Shown here: piece after piece, positions 38,886 through 51,845 of the stretch
Layout: every line of letters begins with the position of its first letter
Position numbering within the stretch: position 1 is the first letter of the stretch
Assembly: GCA_051294375.1 (NCBI GenBank)
Contig: CM119266.1
Coordinates: 11,611,912 to 11,674,054, forward strand
Reading direction: 5' to 3'
Source of the DNA: Paraspadella gotoi
Lineage: Eukaryota; Animalia; Chaetognatha
Length of the DNA: 62,143 nt
Notes under the pieces: model-generated
Told to the model about the DNA's origin: nothing
The model's database searches: none
What the model saw: only the letters and a program-made list of their open reading frames with translations
Translations under genes and position numbers: made by a program

Positions 38886-39990
38886 ATTTACGCAGTAGGG
38901 GCCATATTTATACTAGTACTAATCCAATAAATGTTAAAATTTCAAAAACAGTTGTTTTCTAAGATTTTTTTGCAGATTTGGATTCGTCATAAAAAGTTTA
39001 TAAAAAGAAATATATACTCATTTTGAAAATTCCTTCATTAAGTGGGTCAAAAATTAAAAAAAAGCTACATTTGTGGATAAGGCGCTATCGTGGGCTGAAG
39101 ATGACTGTCCGTAACTTTCTATATACCCCCTCTAGCATGCCATGGAAGGGATCCCTGGGCTTGGAACCAGGTTGAGGGTTTGCCATGCCCCAAGGCGTCT
39201 TACGGCCGTCCTCACGGCTTTCCGCAGGGTAAGTACCGGGTTGGATTGAACCCGGTACCTAGTGGTCATGAAGCTGATGCTTTTACCAATGAGCCACCGG
39301 GTTCACAACTGAAAGTGTCATGATTCTAGGCGGGGTGAACCTAGCAATGCCCGACTACATGCCCCCAGATTGTAACCCACCCTGCACTGCTTCCAGTGGG
39401 GGAGGGGAGCAATCTTCAGCTAGACGCTAGTGCCGGAATCAGAAGGTTGAAATACGCTCGACAGAATGGGCTCACCAGTGTGGATAAGGCGGCTATGTGG
39501 GGCTGAAGATGACTGTCCGTAACTTCTAATTACTCCCTCTAGTGCAGCCATGGAAGGTCCCCTGGGCTTGGAACCAGGCTTGAGGTTTGCCATGCGCCCA
39601 GAGGCGGCTACGGCCGTCCTCACGCTTCCCGCAGGGTTGGGTACCGGTTTGGGATTAACCCCGGTACCTAGTGGTCATGAGCTGATTGGCTTTTACTCAA
39701 TGAGCCACCGGGTCACAACTGAAAGTGCTTCATGAATTCTAGGCGGGGTGAACCTAGGCAATGCCCGGACTACATATTTAAGCTGAAAATTAACTTTTTA
39801 TATATTAAATATAGTTTTTTAATTTTAACCCACTTAATGAAATGAATTTTTAAAAATGATTTATATATTTTTCATCGAACTTTTGACAAAGAAATTCAAA
39901 TCTGCAATCAAAATTAAGAAAAGCATATTTTGAAATTTTTCGATTTTATAAGGAAGTACTCTATATAAATATAGCCTACTGCAAAAATTA
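38886..39990. mobile_element. MITE-like element with ~175-bp inverted arms, interrupted by the TRIM
   Basis: 38886-39062 (gcagtagg..atatttata..agtact..gcagatttg..cattaagtgggt) is the diverged reverse complement of 39815-39990. Confidence 0.65.
39072..39774 (-). mobile_element. TRIM (miniature non-autonomous LTR retrotransposon) with a tRNA-like cassette in each LTR
   Basis: Direct repeats 39072-39359 and ~39479-39774, both TG...CA. The ~118-bp internal region starts with PBS-like TGGTGAGCCCA on the minus strand and ends with a G-tract (CTGGGGGCA). TSD imperfect (catt/tatt). Confidence 0.75.
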
Positions 39991-42900
39991 AAAAAACATA
40001 AATTTTTTTTTACAAGTAATTAAGGGGAGAACTTAAGGCAAAGATTTATTATTAAATAGGTAATAGACAATTTTTTGGTTTACCTAGTACGTTAACTGAA
40101 TAAAAGTTAGGTATTTTTAATTGAGGAAAAGATCCTTTAAAACTAAGATATAACGATAAACTTATGATCTAATTTGCTAAGATTTAAAAGGGAAATGTTG
40201 TCTTTAATAAATTTGAAGCCAAATAATATTAAAAAAGTATTGTAGTCTAATTGTATTCTAATTGTAGCCTAACCTTGAAGAGAAATCGCCTCGTTATTCG
40301 TATCATATCTTTAGGGTCATTTTTCTCTCTCTCTATCTCGGCCCGTTTTTGGATGTCGGTCATTTTTTGACCTTACTTTCATAATTTTTTGTGATCGACT
40401 TTTTAGCTCGTTTTTAGTAACCACTCTTGGAAACTCATTGTCGTCTGAAAACAGTTATTTTTACGGATTTTTGCGACTTGATATTGTCACGATTTTGTCT
40501 CTTTTTGCTACGATTTTGTCACGACCAAGAATAGACGTTTGGACCGTTTGGGAATCTCGCGTTGTACTTTTACTAGATATTTAGTCAGCAAAACTCTTGT
40601 CAAAACCTCTTTTTGGACGGGCGACTAACGAACGCCAACCACAAAGCGTGGAGACTCGAACTTCTCTACAAACCTTGTGTTATATAGATGCTCCCTTTAT
40701 TTCCACTCCCAAAATGACTTATTAGATATAATAAGCAAATAATATTTTTAAAATTAATTAATATATATATAATTAAATAATATAGTTTTAAATAGTAAAA
40801 ACATTCATAAATATAAAAATATAAGATAGTGAAACAAGTAATTTTGCAAATTTTCATATAAAATTAAAAAAATAACAAAATAGGATATTTTTTGGTATTA
40901 ATTTTAAACAAAATCTTTATCAATATAAAACTTTAATTTGCTCAACATTGAAATTCAATTAGTTTTAGCCCAAATATTTTTAATGAAAGATAAAATAATT
41001 TTATAGAAAAAACAAAGTTTTATTAATTTTATAAAAAAAAATTAATAGCTAAGAATTTGGTGTTTGGTGACAGGGGTTGGAGTCTATTATATAGTTGTTT
41101 TTAATTATGATAAACATTTTTCAGTATGTTCAAGAATGTCATTTTTTACTTTAGTTAATGATAAAAAAAAGAAAGATAATTTTTTTAGATTTTTTTTATT
41201 TGATATTATAGGATATTATAGGATATTATTATAGGATATTATAGGATATTTACTTTCCATATCGAGCTCAAATTTTTTAATATAATCAGCTAGGGAGGTA
41301 TTGAGTAATCCATATCATATTCTGCAAAGAATTCTAATGAGCTTTGATATTCTAAATAAGATACAAAACATTTTTGGGCGACTTGAGTCTTGTGTACATT
41401 TTTACATCATCTTTGATCGAGGTTTTAATCTTGTCAATCATATCAGGATACAACTGAATACGTTACATTGCAAATCTCTTTAAATGTATGTATCCTTATT
41501 GTTATTACTAATTTTTTTATTAATTAATGAATTAATCTTCTTTAATAATTTTTTTGGTTCTCGGTCTGGTAGTAGCCAAGTAGTTTATATACTTAATACT
41601 GATACTCATATTTCATGCCATCTGGGAAAAGTATTTTTGGGCTTAAAATATAGTAATAAGAAATTGAAAATATAGTTGATAATGAAATTAAAACAATAAA
41701 TATATTGTTTTACTTATCTTTAAAAATAAATATAAGCAAAATATTTTGATTCAAAAATTGCTTATCTTAATTAAGAAAAATCATTTTTTTACCTTAGCAA
41801 TTTCAATAACACTTTGCTCAGTTAATCAGGCAAAATATTACCTAAGTTCACCACTTAAAATTAATGTTCACTGATGGTAAGTTGTTCATAATTAACTTTT
41901 AGAATTTCCGTACGTAACTTTCACTACACTCTAGTGGTCAGTGACGAAAATACCTAAAAACAAACATTTCGGATCAAATTAATTTATTAATTAAATTAAT
42001 ATTTTAGTTTATATAGTTTGTATTAATTAATAATTACCGCTAATGATCGTGGGCAGATCCGACATTGTTTGCTCAAACTTGTTAAATTACGTATGTATTA
42101 TTATCAAATAAACTGAAAAATCTACTTCTTTATCCGCTCCATTCGACTTTTGTTGTTATGGTCGTCGGTTATCATCGTCGTCGTCTTCGTCATCATGGTC
42201 GTCGTTTTAATCAGAGCGACAAATCTCTTATCAACTATCACGAAACTCGCGCGTTTCAAAAAAGAAAATGGAGTTCGCAAACGCGAGATGGAAAGATTCA
42301 CAGATTGGAATGACGAAGCAGAGCAAACCGAAAACAACGACGACGACAATGGCGAGAAAGGTATAAACTTTGTTGATGACTGCACCAGTTACGGTGACGA
42401 CAATAATGGCAGTTAATGGTACTAATTTCGAAAAAATAAATTAATCAATAAGTAGTAAAATAAGGCATAGGGGGTCAAAAATTTTTTTAGAAAATCAAAA
42501 AAATATCTTTAAATGTATTCTAGGCATTATTTAAAACTCGTATTTTTTATCCGACAATCGATAACAATCAGGCCGCCAATAAAAGCAAAAGACTCCAACA
42601 ATGACGTCAATGAGGACGAAGACCACGATTAAGCAGACGATTACGACGACGACGAAGCAGACGACGACGAAGCGGACGATTACGACACCCAAATCTATTC
42701 GGCGACGCGCGACGAGAATCTAGATAAGGATCTGGTCCTCGATCCGTCGCGGGTTCGAATCTCGTTCCGCCCGTTTATTTATTCTCCCCCCTCCACCCAC
42801 GATAGAATCCACTTCTCATTGACGAGTCATTGTGAGGATTCACGACTCACTCGGTGATTTCGTGATCCATAATTCGTGATCGTTCGAGCGTCTCGCGGTG

Positions 42901-43453
42901 ACGCAAAAGGCGGCGCACCCTCGTCGTCGTCGCGGTCCTTCTGAATCTCCTCGTCCATCTGCCGACCGTCGGGCTATTCGACCTTTTTTCAAAACGAGGG
43001 GTGCATCCTATAGTGCGTTGACCCAACACCCCGACCCCAGGCGGACGTCGCGGCGGCCGTCGACCTCGACCATACGCTCGGGCTTCCGCCCTTCCGCCCG
43101 CCCCCCCTCAAATGACCCCTTGGAACGCCTTCACCTCGGTCAAGTGGGTCGTCGACCCCGAAGGTCGTCGTTTGGCACAAGAACAGAAGGTGGACAGAAG
43201 ATTGGATCGAGATTGGACGTCGATCGTTACGGGACGTCGTTTGATTCGGACGGGAGGACGCGTCACTTTCTTATGTTTCGGTATTGCTACGTTACGGTTG
43301 TAATTTCATAAACTATGTGATAGAGAAAAAACCATGAGCAGAGCTAAAATACAATTTGTTCCTGCGTTTAATTTTTTAAATTTTGAGCATAATTATAGAA
43401 GTTATAGAAGTTTCTCTCTCTTTCTCTCTCTCTCATCTCTCTCCTCTCATCAG

Positions 43454-43516
<63 letters not shown>

Positions 43517-44840
43517 AAATCGCTCCCGCCTCACCATTATCCTCTTTCCTTTTGACAAGTTATGGCTAGATGTAATGCTTCTTGATTCTATTATCCGCCA
43601 TGATACATAAGAATCTCTCCTGCCAAAGGGGAACTCGTAAAGAAGCCAGAGAGAGACGTGAATGTATGAGGTTCCGAGGCAAGGTGGAATTCTCCGAGAG
43701 ACATAAACTGATATCCCTGCCTGGGGCGAAGGGCGTGCTTGGAGGGGTGTATTTGTTTTTTTTCATGCAATCAGAAAAAAATCACGATTAGTGTGAAGCT
43801 ACGTACTTTTCTAATATTGTAGTTGCGGTCGGATTTTCATTTGAAATAATTTGATATGTTTTGTCGACTTAAATAGGCAGTTTAAAAATATCTGGAGAGT
43901 TGATGTAAAAAAAGTAAGGTAACTTCCTAGTACTCTAAGCCTGTCTTATCACATCACAACAAATTTCAAATACATTTTGTAAGATTACATAGTTAGGGAT
44001 TAGCAGTATTCGACGAAATTTTTATTTTTCTATCGGCCGAAAAATAATAGGGAATTTCATTCCAAAAAACAAGGCTTTTTGAAATATTTACTGTATGTAA
44101 AATACTAAAAAGAAAAATTTAAATTTTTAAATATAGGTACTGTAAGGGTAAGTCTAACTAAAAAACCGAAAAAAGAATCTTTCAAATAAGAAAAAATATT
44201 GGAATAGTACAGAAAGCAATATTTATTTTTATTGTTGCGCAAAAATAAGGCTTTCCTCCGCAAAACACTCTGATTACAGAGATGCAAATGGGTTTTCTGC
44301 TCAACACTATTGATCACTTATTGATTCCCAAAAAATGATGCGGCAAAAAAATGCGCCAGCAGCAGTTCTGGCGATAGTAATTTTATATCATCTTTCCTAT
44401 TGTATATTAGGGCTATGAATCATCAATATGTAATGAAACTGATATATATTTAAAGATTTAAGATTTCATGCCTTTTTTCTGCCTACAAACAAATTTCCTC
44501 CTTTGCTAAATATACATGATACCTATAATTATTATAATGGGTAATATCTTTATTCATAGTCTTTTTTTTAACAAGTTCAAAATATAAACCTCAAGGACCA
44601 TTTGTTTGATCCACAATTTCTGATACTTTTAATAAATTGGTCACTGACTTTTACGTGGTATATGCTTTGTTTCCTTTTATCTATGATTTGAGTTTTATTT
44701 TCGGTATTCCTGTTTTTTTCTTTGATTTTAAAGAATCAAAAACCCGAAAAGTAACGACTTAGAAATCGAGATTGTATAAAAATTAAAAGAGAAGACGAGG
44801 CAGAAAAAGAAGGAGGAAAGGGAAAGAGATGAGGGGATAA

Positions 44841-45291
44841 AGTGGCGCAGTTTTAACGTCAATTTACGCCATTCTACGCCAAAGCATCTTACTTAATAGC
44901 CTTTATTTGGAAATGAAAAAAAGTTTTTACGCCGAACAAAAAATTAAATGATACTTAAATGGTTTTCTGTTCATTTTACGCCATTCTAAACGCCAAACTT
45001 TGTATAAAAAAGGCTGGAAAAAATATTTAAATCAAACCTTAACTGTGAGTACGTTTTTACTAGAAAATAAACAAAAAGTCTTTACGCCACATGAATTAGA
45101 TAATATCTATATCGTTTTTTGTTCATTTCACGCCATTTTACGGCCACAATGTCTTTTCGCAAATTTAAATATAAACATTTCACTTATTTAATATGATATA
45201 TTTTAATTTTTTTTTTGAAAAATCATAAACGACACAGTATTTAACCTAGGAAATAATACGTTTTGGCGTACGTTTTTACGCCACGAGCGCC
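44841..45291. mobile_element. Degenerate MITE with repeated TTTACGCCA motifs
   Basis: Seven or more TTTACGCC(A)-like motifs; the end TTTACGCCACGAGCGCCA is identical to 23781-23798. Confidence 0.45.
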
Positions 45292-45836
45292 AACAACACA
45301 TGTAAAAAAAAAGAAGTCAATCGAATCCAATACTACTATGTATTTTTAATCAAATAAAAGCGTTTTCCAAAATTTTGGTTGAAATATTCTTGATAAGCAG
45401 TAACGGAGGCAGAAACGTTACTCCCAAAATTGACGTAAATCAGTTGGCGTAAATCAAATATTTAAAAGTCAAACTTGGAATTAACGATTAAGAGTACACT
45501 TCGATTGGCTTAATTATAAGTTTAAAACCATCCACATGACAGAAAATCAGTATTTTCAAAAATTTTGTGCAATACCTAACATAGTTTCTTCAAGCAACCG
45601 TGCGACCGAAACGCTTCACCCCGCCGTCGCCATGGAAACTCGTCCTCCTTTTTAGTTATAATACGCTTTGCTTACAACCGTCTGGTCTCGGCGAGATTTC
45701 CGGCCGAGATGCCGACGTCAATCGCTTTCACGTGGCAGCCATAATTGAACGACGTCAGAGACGGAGCGCTCTGGCGGTGGAGATAAGAATTCGTGCTCCG
45801 TCGAGTTTTGAGGGCAAAAGAAAAAAAACGGGGAGA

Positions 45837-45882
<46 letters not shown>

Positions 45883-46363
45883 CAGAGAGAGAGAGACATA
45901 GAGACAGAGAAACAGAGAGGGAGATAAGAATCGATGATTTCGGGGAAAAAAACCGGAATGTAGAAAAATATGTCGGCTATGATACAAATGCTACCTTGAA
46001 TTTCATTACGAAGTTCAGCTCTGATCATAGACTAATTTGGAATAATTAATAAGGAAAATAAAGACTAAACACTAATTTTCTCCTTTAAACACATCCAAGG
46101 GGAAAAAAAAACTTCAGTCCGGACTGTCGTTCTACCGCCGCCGCCCACGCGGGCCCGGTATTGGTTTTGAATTATAAGTCTCCTTTGGCCTTTTTGAGGG
46201 AGCTCATGCGTCCCAAAAGGGGATATGCGAAAGCTTAGCTTTAATAGATCTTGATAAGGAACTTCCTCTTCCATTCTCTCTCTCTCTCGGTCTGAGGGGG
46301 GAGGAGGAAGAGGAAGAGGAGCTGGGAGAGTTGGGTGAGGGATAGAGGTTTAGAGTTGGCTTG

Positions 46364-46402
<39 letters not shown>

Positions 46403-46464
46403 TTGTGTAAAGAGCTTTCGAGATTTGTTTTAGATTTAATTCGTGAGATTCTTTGTTGTCAAAA

Positions 46465-47105
46465 TACCATCACGACGAAGACAGGTCACAACATCAGCGA
46501 TCATTACAGTGACCTCAACAACATCATCGGCATCGACCGTCACAACGAAGAGGAAAGACCACAAAATCATCATAAACTATCACAACCAGAACGACAGACA
46601 TCATCAGTGACCATCATGACAACGACAACAGACAACAACATCATCAGCGACCATCACAACGACAGATCACAACATCATCAGCGACCATGACCACGACTGA
46701 CCACAACATCATCAGCGACCATCACGACGACAAACCACAATATCATCAGTGACCATTACAATGACAAACCACAACATCATCAGCGACAATCACGACATCA
46801 GACCACAACATCATCAGCGACCATCACCACGACAGACCNNNNNNNNNNNNNNNNNNNNNNNNNNNNNNNNNNNNNNNNNNNNNNNNNNNNNNNNNNNNNN
46901 NNNNNNNNNNNNNNNNNNNNNNNNNNNNNNNNNNNNNNNNNNNNNNNNNNNNNNNNNNNNNNNNNNNNNNNNNNNNNNNNNNNNNNNNNNNNNNNNNNNN
47001 NNNNNNNNNNNNNNNNNNNNNNNNNNNNNNNNNNNNNNNNNNNNNNNNNNNNGACCATCACGACGACAGACCACAACATCATCAGCGACCATTACAACGA
47101 CGACG
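46465..47105. repeat. Minisatellite, ~34-bp unit, spanning a gap
   Basis: Repeated gaccatcacgacgacagaccacaacatcatcagc. Confidence 0.85.
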
Positions 47106-48819
47106 CCGAAACGCAAGGTCGAGCGACGAAAAACCTTGCGACGAACAAAAATCCGACGATAATAGTTTTGGGCGGCGAAGGAATTCGCGTTCGCCTTCAC
47201 AAGGTTAAGCGCCTCCTTTCCTCTCGGCGCGCCGCCCGGTGGAGCGCCTCCTTGCGGCTAAATGGAACGAAATTATGTCCACGATAACTCGCGGAGATGA
47301 AGGGGGGAGGGTAGACTGGGTTAGTTGACGATGACGACGACGAAGAAGAAGAATTCGTAGAAAACTAATAGAAGCGATTACACTGGGATATATGAGCGAG
47401 CATTGTCACGAACTTTATTGCCGGGAAATGAATACAAAAGTATTAATATTGGTCTGTTTTTCTAAGCTTCTTCATCTCTGCGCTTCTCTCTCTTTCACCA
47501 ACTCTCTCTAATTTTACATGGCCAGCTCTTTTGATAAAAGAAAACATCCTTAATATATTTTTTTTTCTATTTAACATTTCGTTGCGTTTTGTACAATAAG
47601 TGCAAATTAGCCTGACAGAATTCCTAATAAAACACACTAAAGTAAAAACAAAAAAAATCAGGATATTCTTATGGGTCCACTACGGTTTAATTCCGATATC
47701 CTCCGATCTTTTTCCCCATTTGATTCAATTGGATATTTTTCTCAGTTGACTCATCCATTAAAAAAGATTTTCATTGTCGTCGTTAAAACGATTNNNNNNN
47801 NNNNNNNNNNNNNNNNNNNNNNNNNNNNNNNNNNNNNNNNNNNNNNNNNNNNNNNNNNNNNNNNNNNNNNNNNNNNNNNNNNNNNNNNNNNNNNNNNNNN
47901 NNNNNNNNNNNNNNNNNNNNNNNNNNNNNNNNNNNNNNNNNNNNNNNNNNNNNNNNNNNNNNNNNNNNNNNNNNNNNNNNNNNNNNNNNNNNNNNNNNNN
48001 NNNGAGATTTCTATGGTCACAGCAACTCGGTCTAAATAAGTAAATATATTTGAATCGGTTTAATTCCTCCACGGTTAACATTTAGAGGCTCAACTTCATC
48101 TTTCGCTTTAAAAACGTCAGCGAGAAAAAATCCTCATGGTTGACGCGAAATGATTTCGTCATCTTCGATATGATCACGTTCCGACCTTCGCTCCCCACAA
48201 TGTAAATTGCCACCGAGTTTGCTTTCCCAGGTGCGGTCCGCTCAAAAGAACGAATTCAACCTTTATGCAAGTCATTCCTGTACAACAATCATTGCGCTTT
48301 TACGGTCTTGAATTTTTTAGCTTTAATCATTCGATCTCACACTACGGGAGGGAGAGGAATGAAATTTCTTTTTTAAGTACGTTTGTTCTCAGAATACCAT
48401 AGGTATAGGTAATGTGGCAGTTGTAGGATAATATTTTTAACGTGAAATTTAGCTAAAAAATAGCATTTATTAGCATTCGACAATAAATTTCTAAATAAGA
48501 ATAAATTATGTCTCAACCTGTTTCTCTTTCTCCTCTTCCTAGTGACTTTCCCTTTGCCGGGCGAGATCAAAGGATTTTTTTACTCCACAAAAAATCATCG
48601 CAAAAAAACAAAAAGACAATTTGGCAGCGTCCAGCCGGCGCTGCCGGTGCGGCCTACCGCTCCTGCCGCGGCCGACCGTCGCCGCCGCCGAAACGTCGTG
48701 GGAATCAATCGTGAATTTTACGGGAGAAGAAATCGAAATGATGGCTGCGATCAAAAGAACACATTCTTTTATCGCTGTAAAATAAATTGAAATTGGAATG
48801 AGGTGAACTCCCGAGTCGT

Positions 48820-48880
<61 letters not shown>

Positions 48881-49629
48881 TATTATATTTTCTTGACTTT
48901 ATTTTTACCCCAATCCCCTCTTTTTCCCCTTTTCCTTCACAATTCATTCTCCCCCCTTATTCCCGACATCACTTATCTCTTGATGAAAAACGTGAATAAA
49001 TCACGAGGAAAAATATTGAAATGTAAATTTTTTTTACCAAGATCCTTTTTTTTTCTTTCAGAAATGGAAATTTTATGATTTATTCAAATCCGCAAAGTGA
49101 AATCTCGTCCCTCTCGCTCACTTTTCAAAATTTCATGGGAATTTTTTTCTTTTTTTCTTTAAAAAAAGAGAGAAAAAAAAACCGAAAAAAAAAATAAAGA
49201 AAAAAAATTCGTCGTCGCCCGTTATGGAGGCGATCATATGCCATAAGCAACTTATTTCTTTATTCAAAAACANNNNNNNNNNNNNNNNNNNNNNNNNNNN
49301 NNNNNNNNNNNNNNNNNNNNNNNAAAAAAAAAAAAATTTCATTGCGGATCGATATAGTTTTCGTGTTTGAATTTAGGAATTACGTTCTTAAAATATTACT
49401 AAATTTCTTCAGTCTGCTTTTGACAAGTGACAATACTTCAAAATTTTTAACGCTTTAACTTTTGCTTCTCTGTCTTTTCCTTTATTTTAGACTCTTCCGT
49501 TGTTTCCTTAATTTATTTCCTTAATTTTCGCCCTCCGCCTTTTATTCTTCCTCTTCGACGGAGGGGGTCTTCCACAAACCGCGAAGTCCACGTCGAGTCT
49601 GTCGACGGAATCCGTGAGAATCGCGATGA

Positions 49630-49709
49630 TCACGTGACGTCACAATGTCAAGCGGAGTCACGTGACGTCACGAGAAATTCGTCAAGTCGATGGCGGAAGT
49701 GTGACGTCA
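49630..49709. promoter_or_regulatory. Cluster of CRE, E-box and ETS motifs
   Basis: Three perfect TGACGTCA (49635, 49663, 49702); two overlap TCACGTGA and the third follows GGCGGAAGTG. Confidence 0.55.
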
Positions 49710-49766
49710 TTAATTCTACTCTTGAATATTCTATGGGGAGGATAAATGCGAGGAGAGAGATAGAGA

Positions 49767-49883
<117 letters not shown>

Positions 49884-51099
49884 GAGACAGAGAAAGAGAG
49901 CTCCTAATTCGATTTCCTCGTTTAATAATGTAGTCACATGAGACAAATTATTTTTTTCTAATTGACGGAGTTCTATTATTTTTTTCCGGCATGAACAATA
50001 ACAGTTCTGAACATAGTTTTAACGCTATGCTAACGATTGTATGGGACAGAAATTTGAGTCCTCATCGCCGTCGTTTCGTCTGAATTTTCCAAAATCGATC
50101 GCCAGTTACGGAAACATGTCACGGTACAACTGGCGTCGCCTAGCAACAGAACGCGAATATTTACGAAAATTTTTAACTCCTAAACAAGACTTGTTATTCA
50201 AAATCGCTGTAAATCATACTATCATACTATCGTACTTTGTCGTCGTCTTCGTCATTTGAGTCACTACAAGCTGCTATTTCCAAATCTTTGACACAATTCA
50301 CAAAACAAAGGAGAACAGAACAATTCCAATTTCGTTCACAACTCCATATATTTTCATCACCTCCTCCTCGTTTCGTCTCCTTTACTGTGACGAAGGCGAA
50401 TGTGATGATTATGACTGCGAAGGAAATGGAGGCCGCGATGATTCCCCCTTAGTTCCCTCGGGCATCGATGGAAGCGGAAAAAAAAAAAGGATCCCCTTCG
50501 GGGTCGTCGTCGTCGTCGTCATCGTCGTCGTTATGGTCATCGTCTTTATTGTTATGACGACGTGTTGCCGGCGGTGGCGTGGCGCTGGCATCGGCGCCGC
50601 CACGGCGTCGCCCTTCTTGATTCCAATGCGTTCATGGTTCCGAGATCTGGATTTAATCGTAACAAATTCTTTTGTGTGATTTTTTTTTTTTTTTCAAAAC
50701 TTTACGAGGAATTGTTTTGTGTTTAAAATGGGGAAAAAAAAATTATGAGCTGATTACATTTATTTTAAATCCTGTAAAAAATTTTCAATAATCTATTTCT
50801 GTAAATACTTTTTGAATTATTATTAATTTTTTTTTGAAATTTTTTAGGGAGATGAAATTAGAAATATGCATGTTCCGTATTTAAAATTAAGTTTTTCCAT
50901 TTGCTCATTTTCATCTTTAATTTCGTTTTTAAACATCTACCTTGTAAAGAGCCGGTTCCAGTTTTGGATTCCACTGTATCTCCTCGTCGTTTTATTTTCC
51001 ACCGGTTTCCAATTTCCGCGTTCTCTCGAAGCCAAGTTCCCCTTCCTTCCTTTTCTGTCCTTTCCCTAAACTAACCCCCTCTCTATCTCAATCTCTCGT

Positions 51100-51140
<41 letters not shown>

Positions 51141-51631
51141 TATTTACCCTCGACGGCTTCCGGCCAGAATCGCTTCCAACTCGTAAGCGCTCTTTTCGTT
51201 TTATCGCCAGGCAGCAGATGAGCGCCGCGGGCGGCCGATTCCGTCGCCGCCGCCACCACCACGACGCCGCTTTTTTTTGCGCGCCGCAGTGCCACTCGGT
51301 TTGACGAGGCCGTTCGCTTCCCTTTACGACGCCACTCGATTCTCGAATGGCAACGACTTACTTTTGACGATGGCGCTGATATCATCGTGCCGGTTCGATG
51401 CCACAACGCCACAATATGTTGGTTCTTTTGATATAGAAACAACCGGTTATATGCTATTTCTTTCAAATGTAAAACAATGGAGTAATGTCGTAGACAACGA
51501 TTTGTTTCATTACGTCACATTCAAGGCCTTTGACGCTGCCGCGTAAAAAAATGAAAAAAAAAAACTACTTTTTCTCTCAGGTTCTCTTTCCATTGGATTT
51601 TTATGTTAATTTAGACTCGGGGCAGTGAAAA

Positions 51632-51685
<54 letters not shown>
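51632..51685. repeat. (GGC)n trinucleotide microsatellite
   Basis: About 18 perfect GGC units. Confidence 0.95.
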
Positions 51686-51810
51686 AACCGGAAATAGCGT
51701 GGAGAAGATTCACGACTTTGAGTGGAAAAGATAAAAAAAATGAGGGTGGTTAGCATCGAGGAGACTTTGACGACCTTAGCGAGGTCGTCACGACGGAGAG
51801 AACATAATTG

Positions 51811-51845
<35 letters not shown>

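Noticed and set aside
39125-39175. Twister-like loop (CCTGGTTCCAAGCCCAGG...GAGGG, minus strand) in the TRIM LTRs
   Set aside because: The required UAA-P2-GC strand could not be placed in either LTR; an Infernal search is needed before any claim.
39233-39302. Functional tRNA gene
   Set aside because: A and B boxes are present but there is no complete cloverleaf; treated as a tRNA-derived cassette.
42752-42763. Isolated B box GGTTCGAATCTC
   Set aside because: No A box or tRNA fold.
46465-47105. CRISPR-like regular repeats
   Set aside because: Head-to-tail minisatellite with no unique spacers, in a eukaryotic context with no cas genes.
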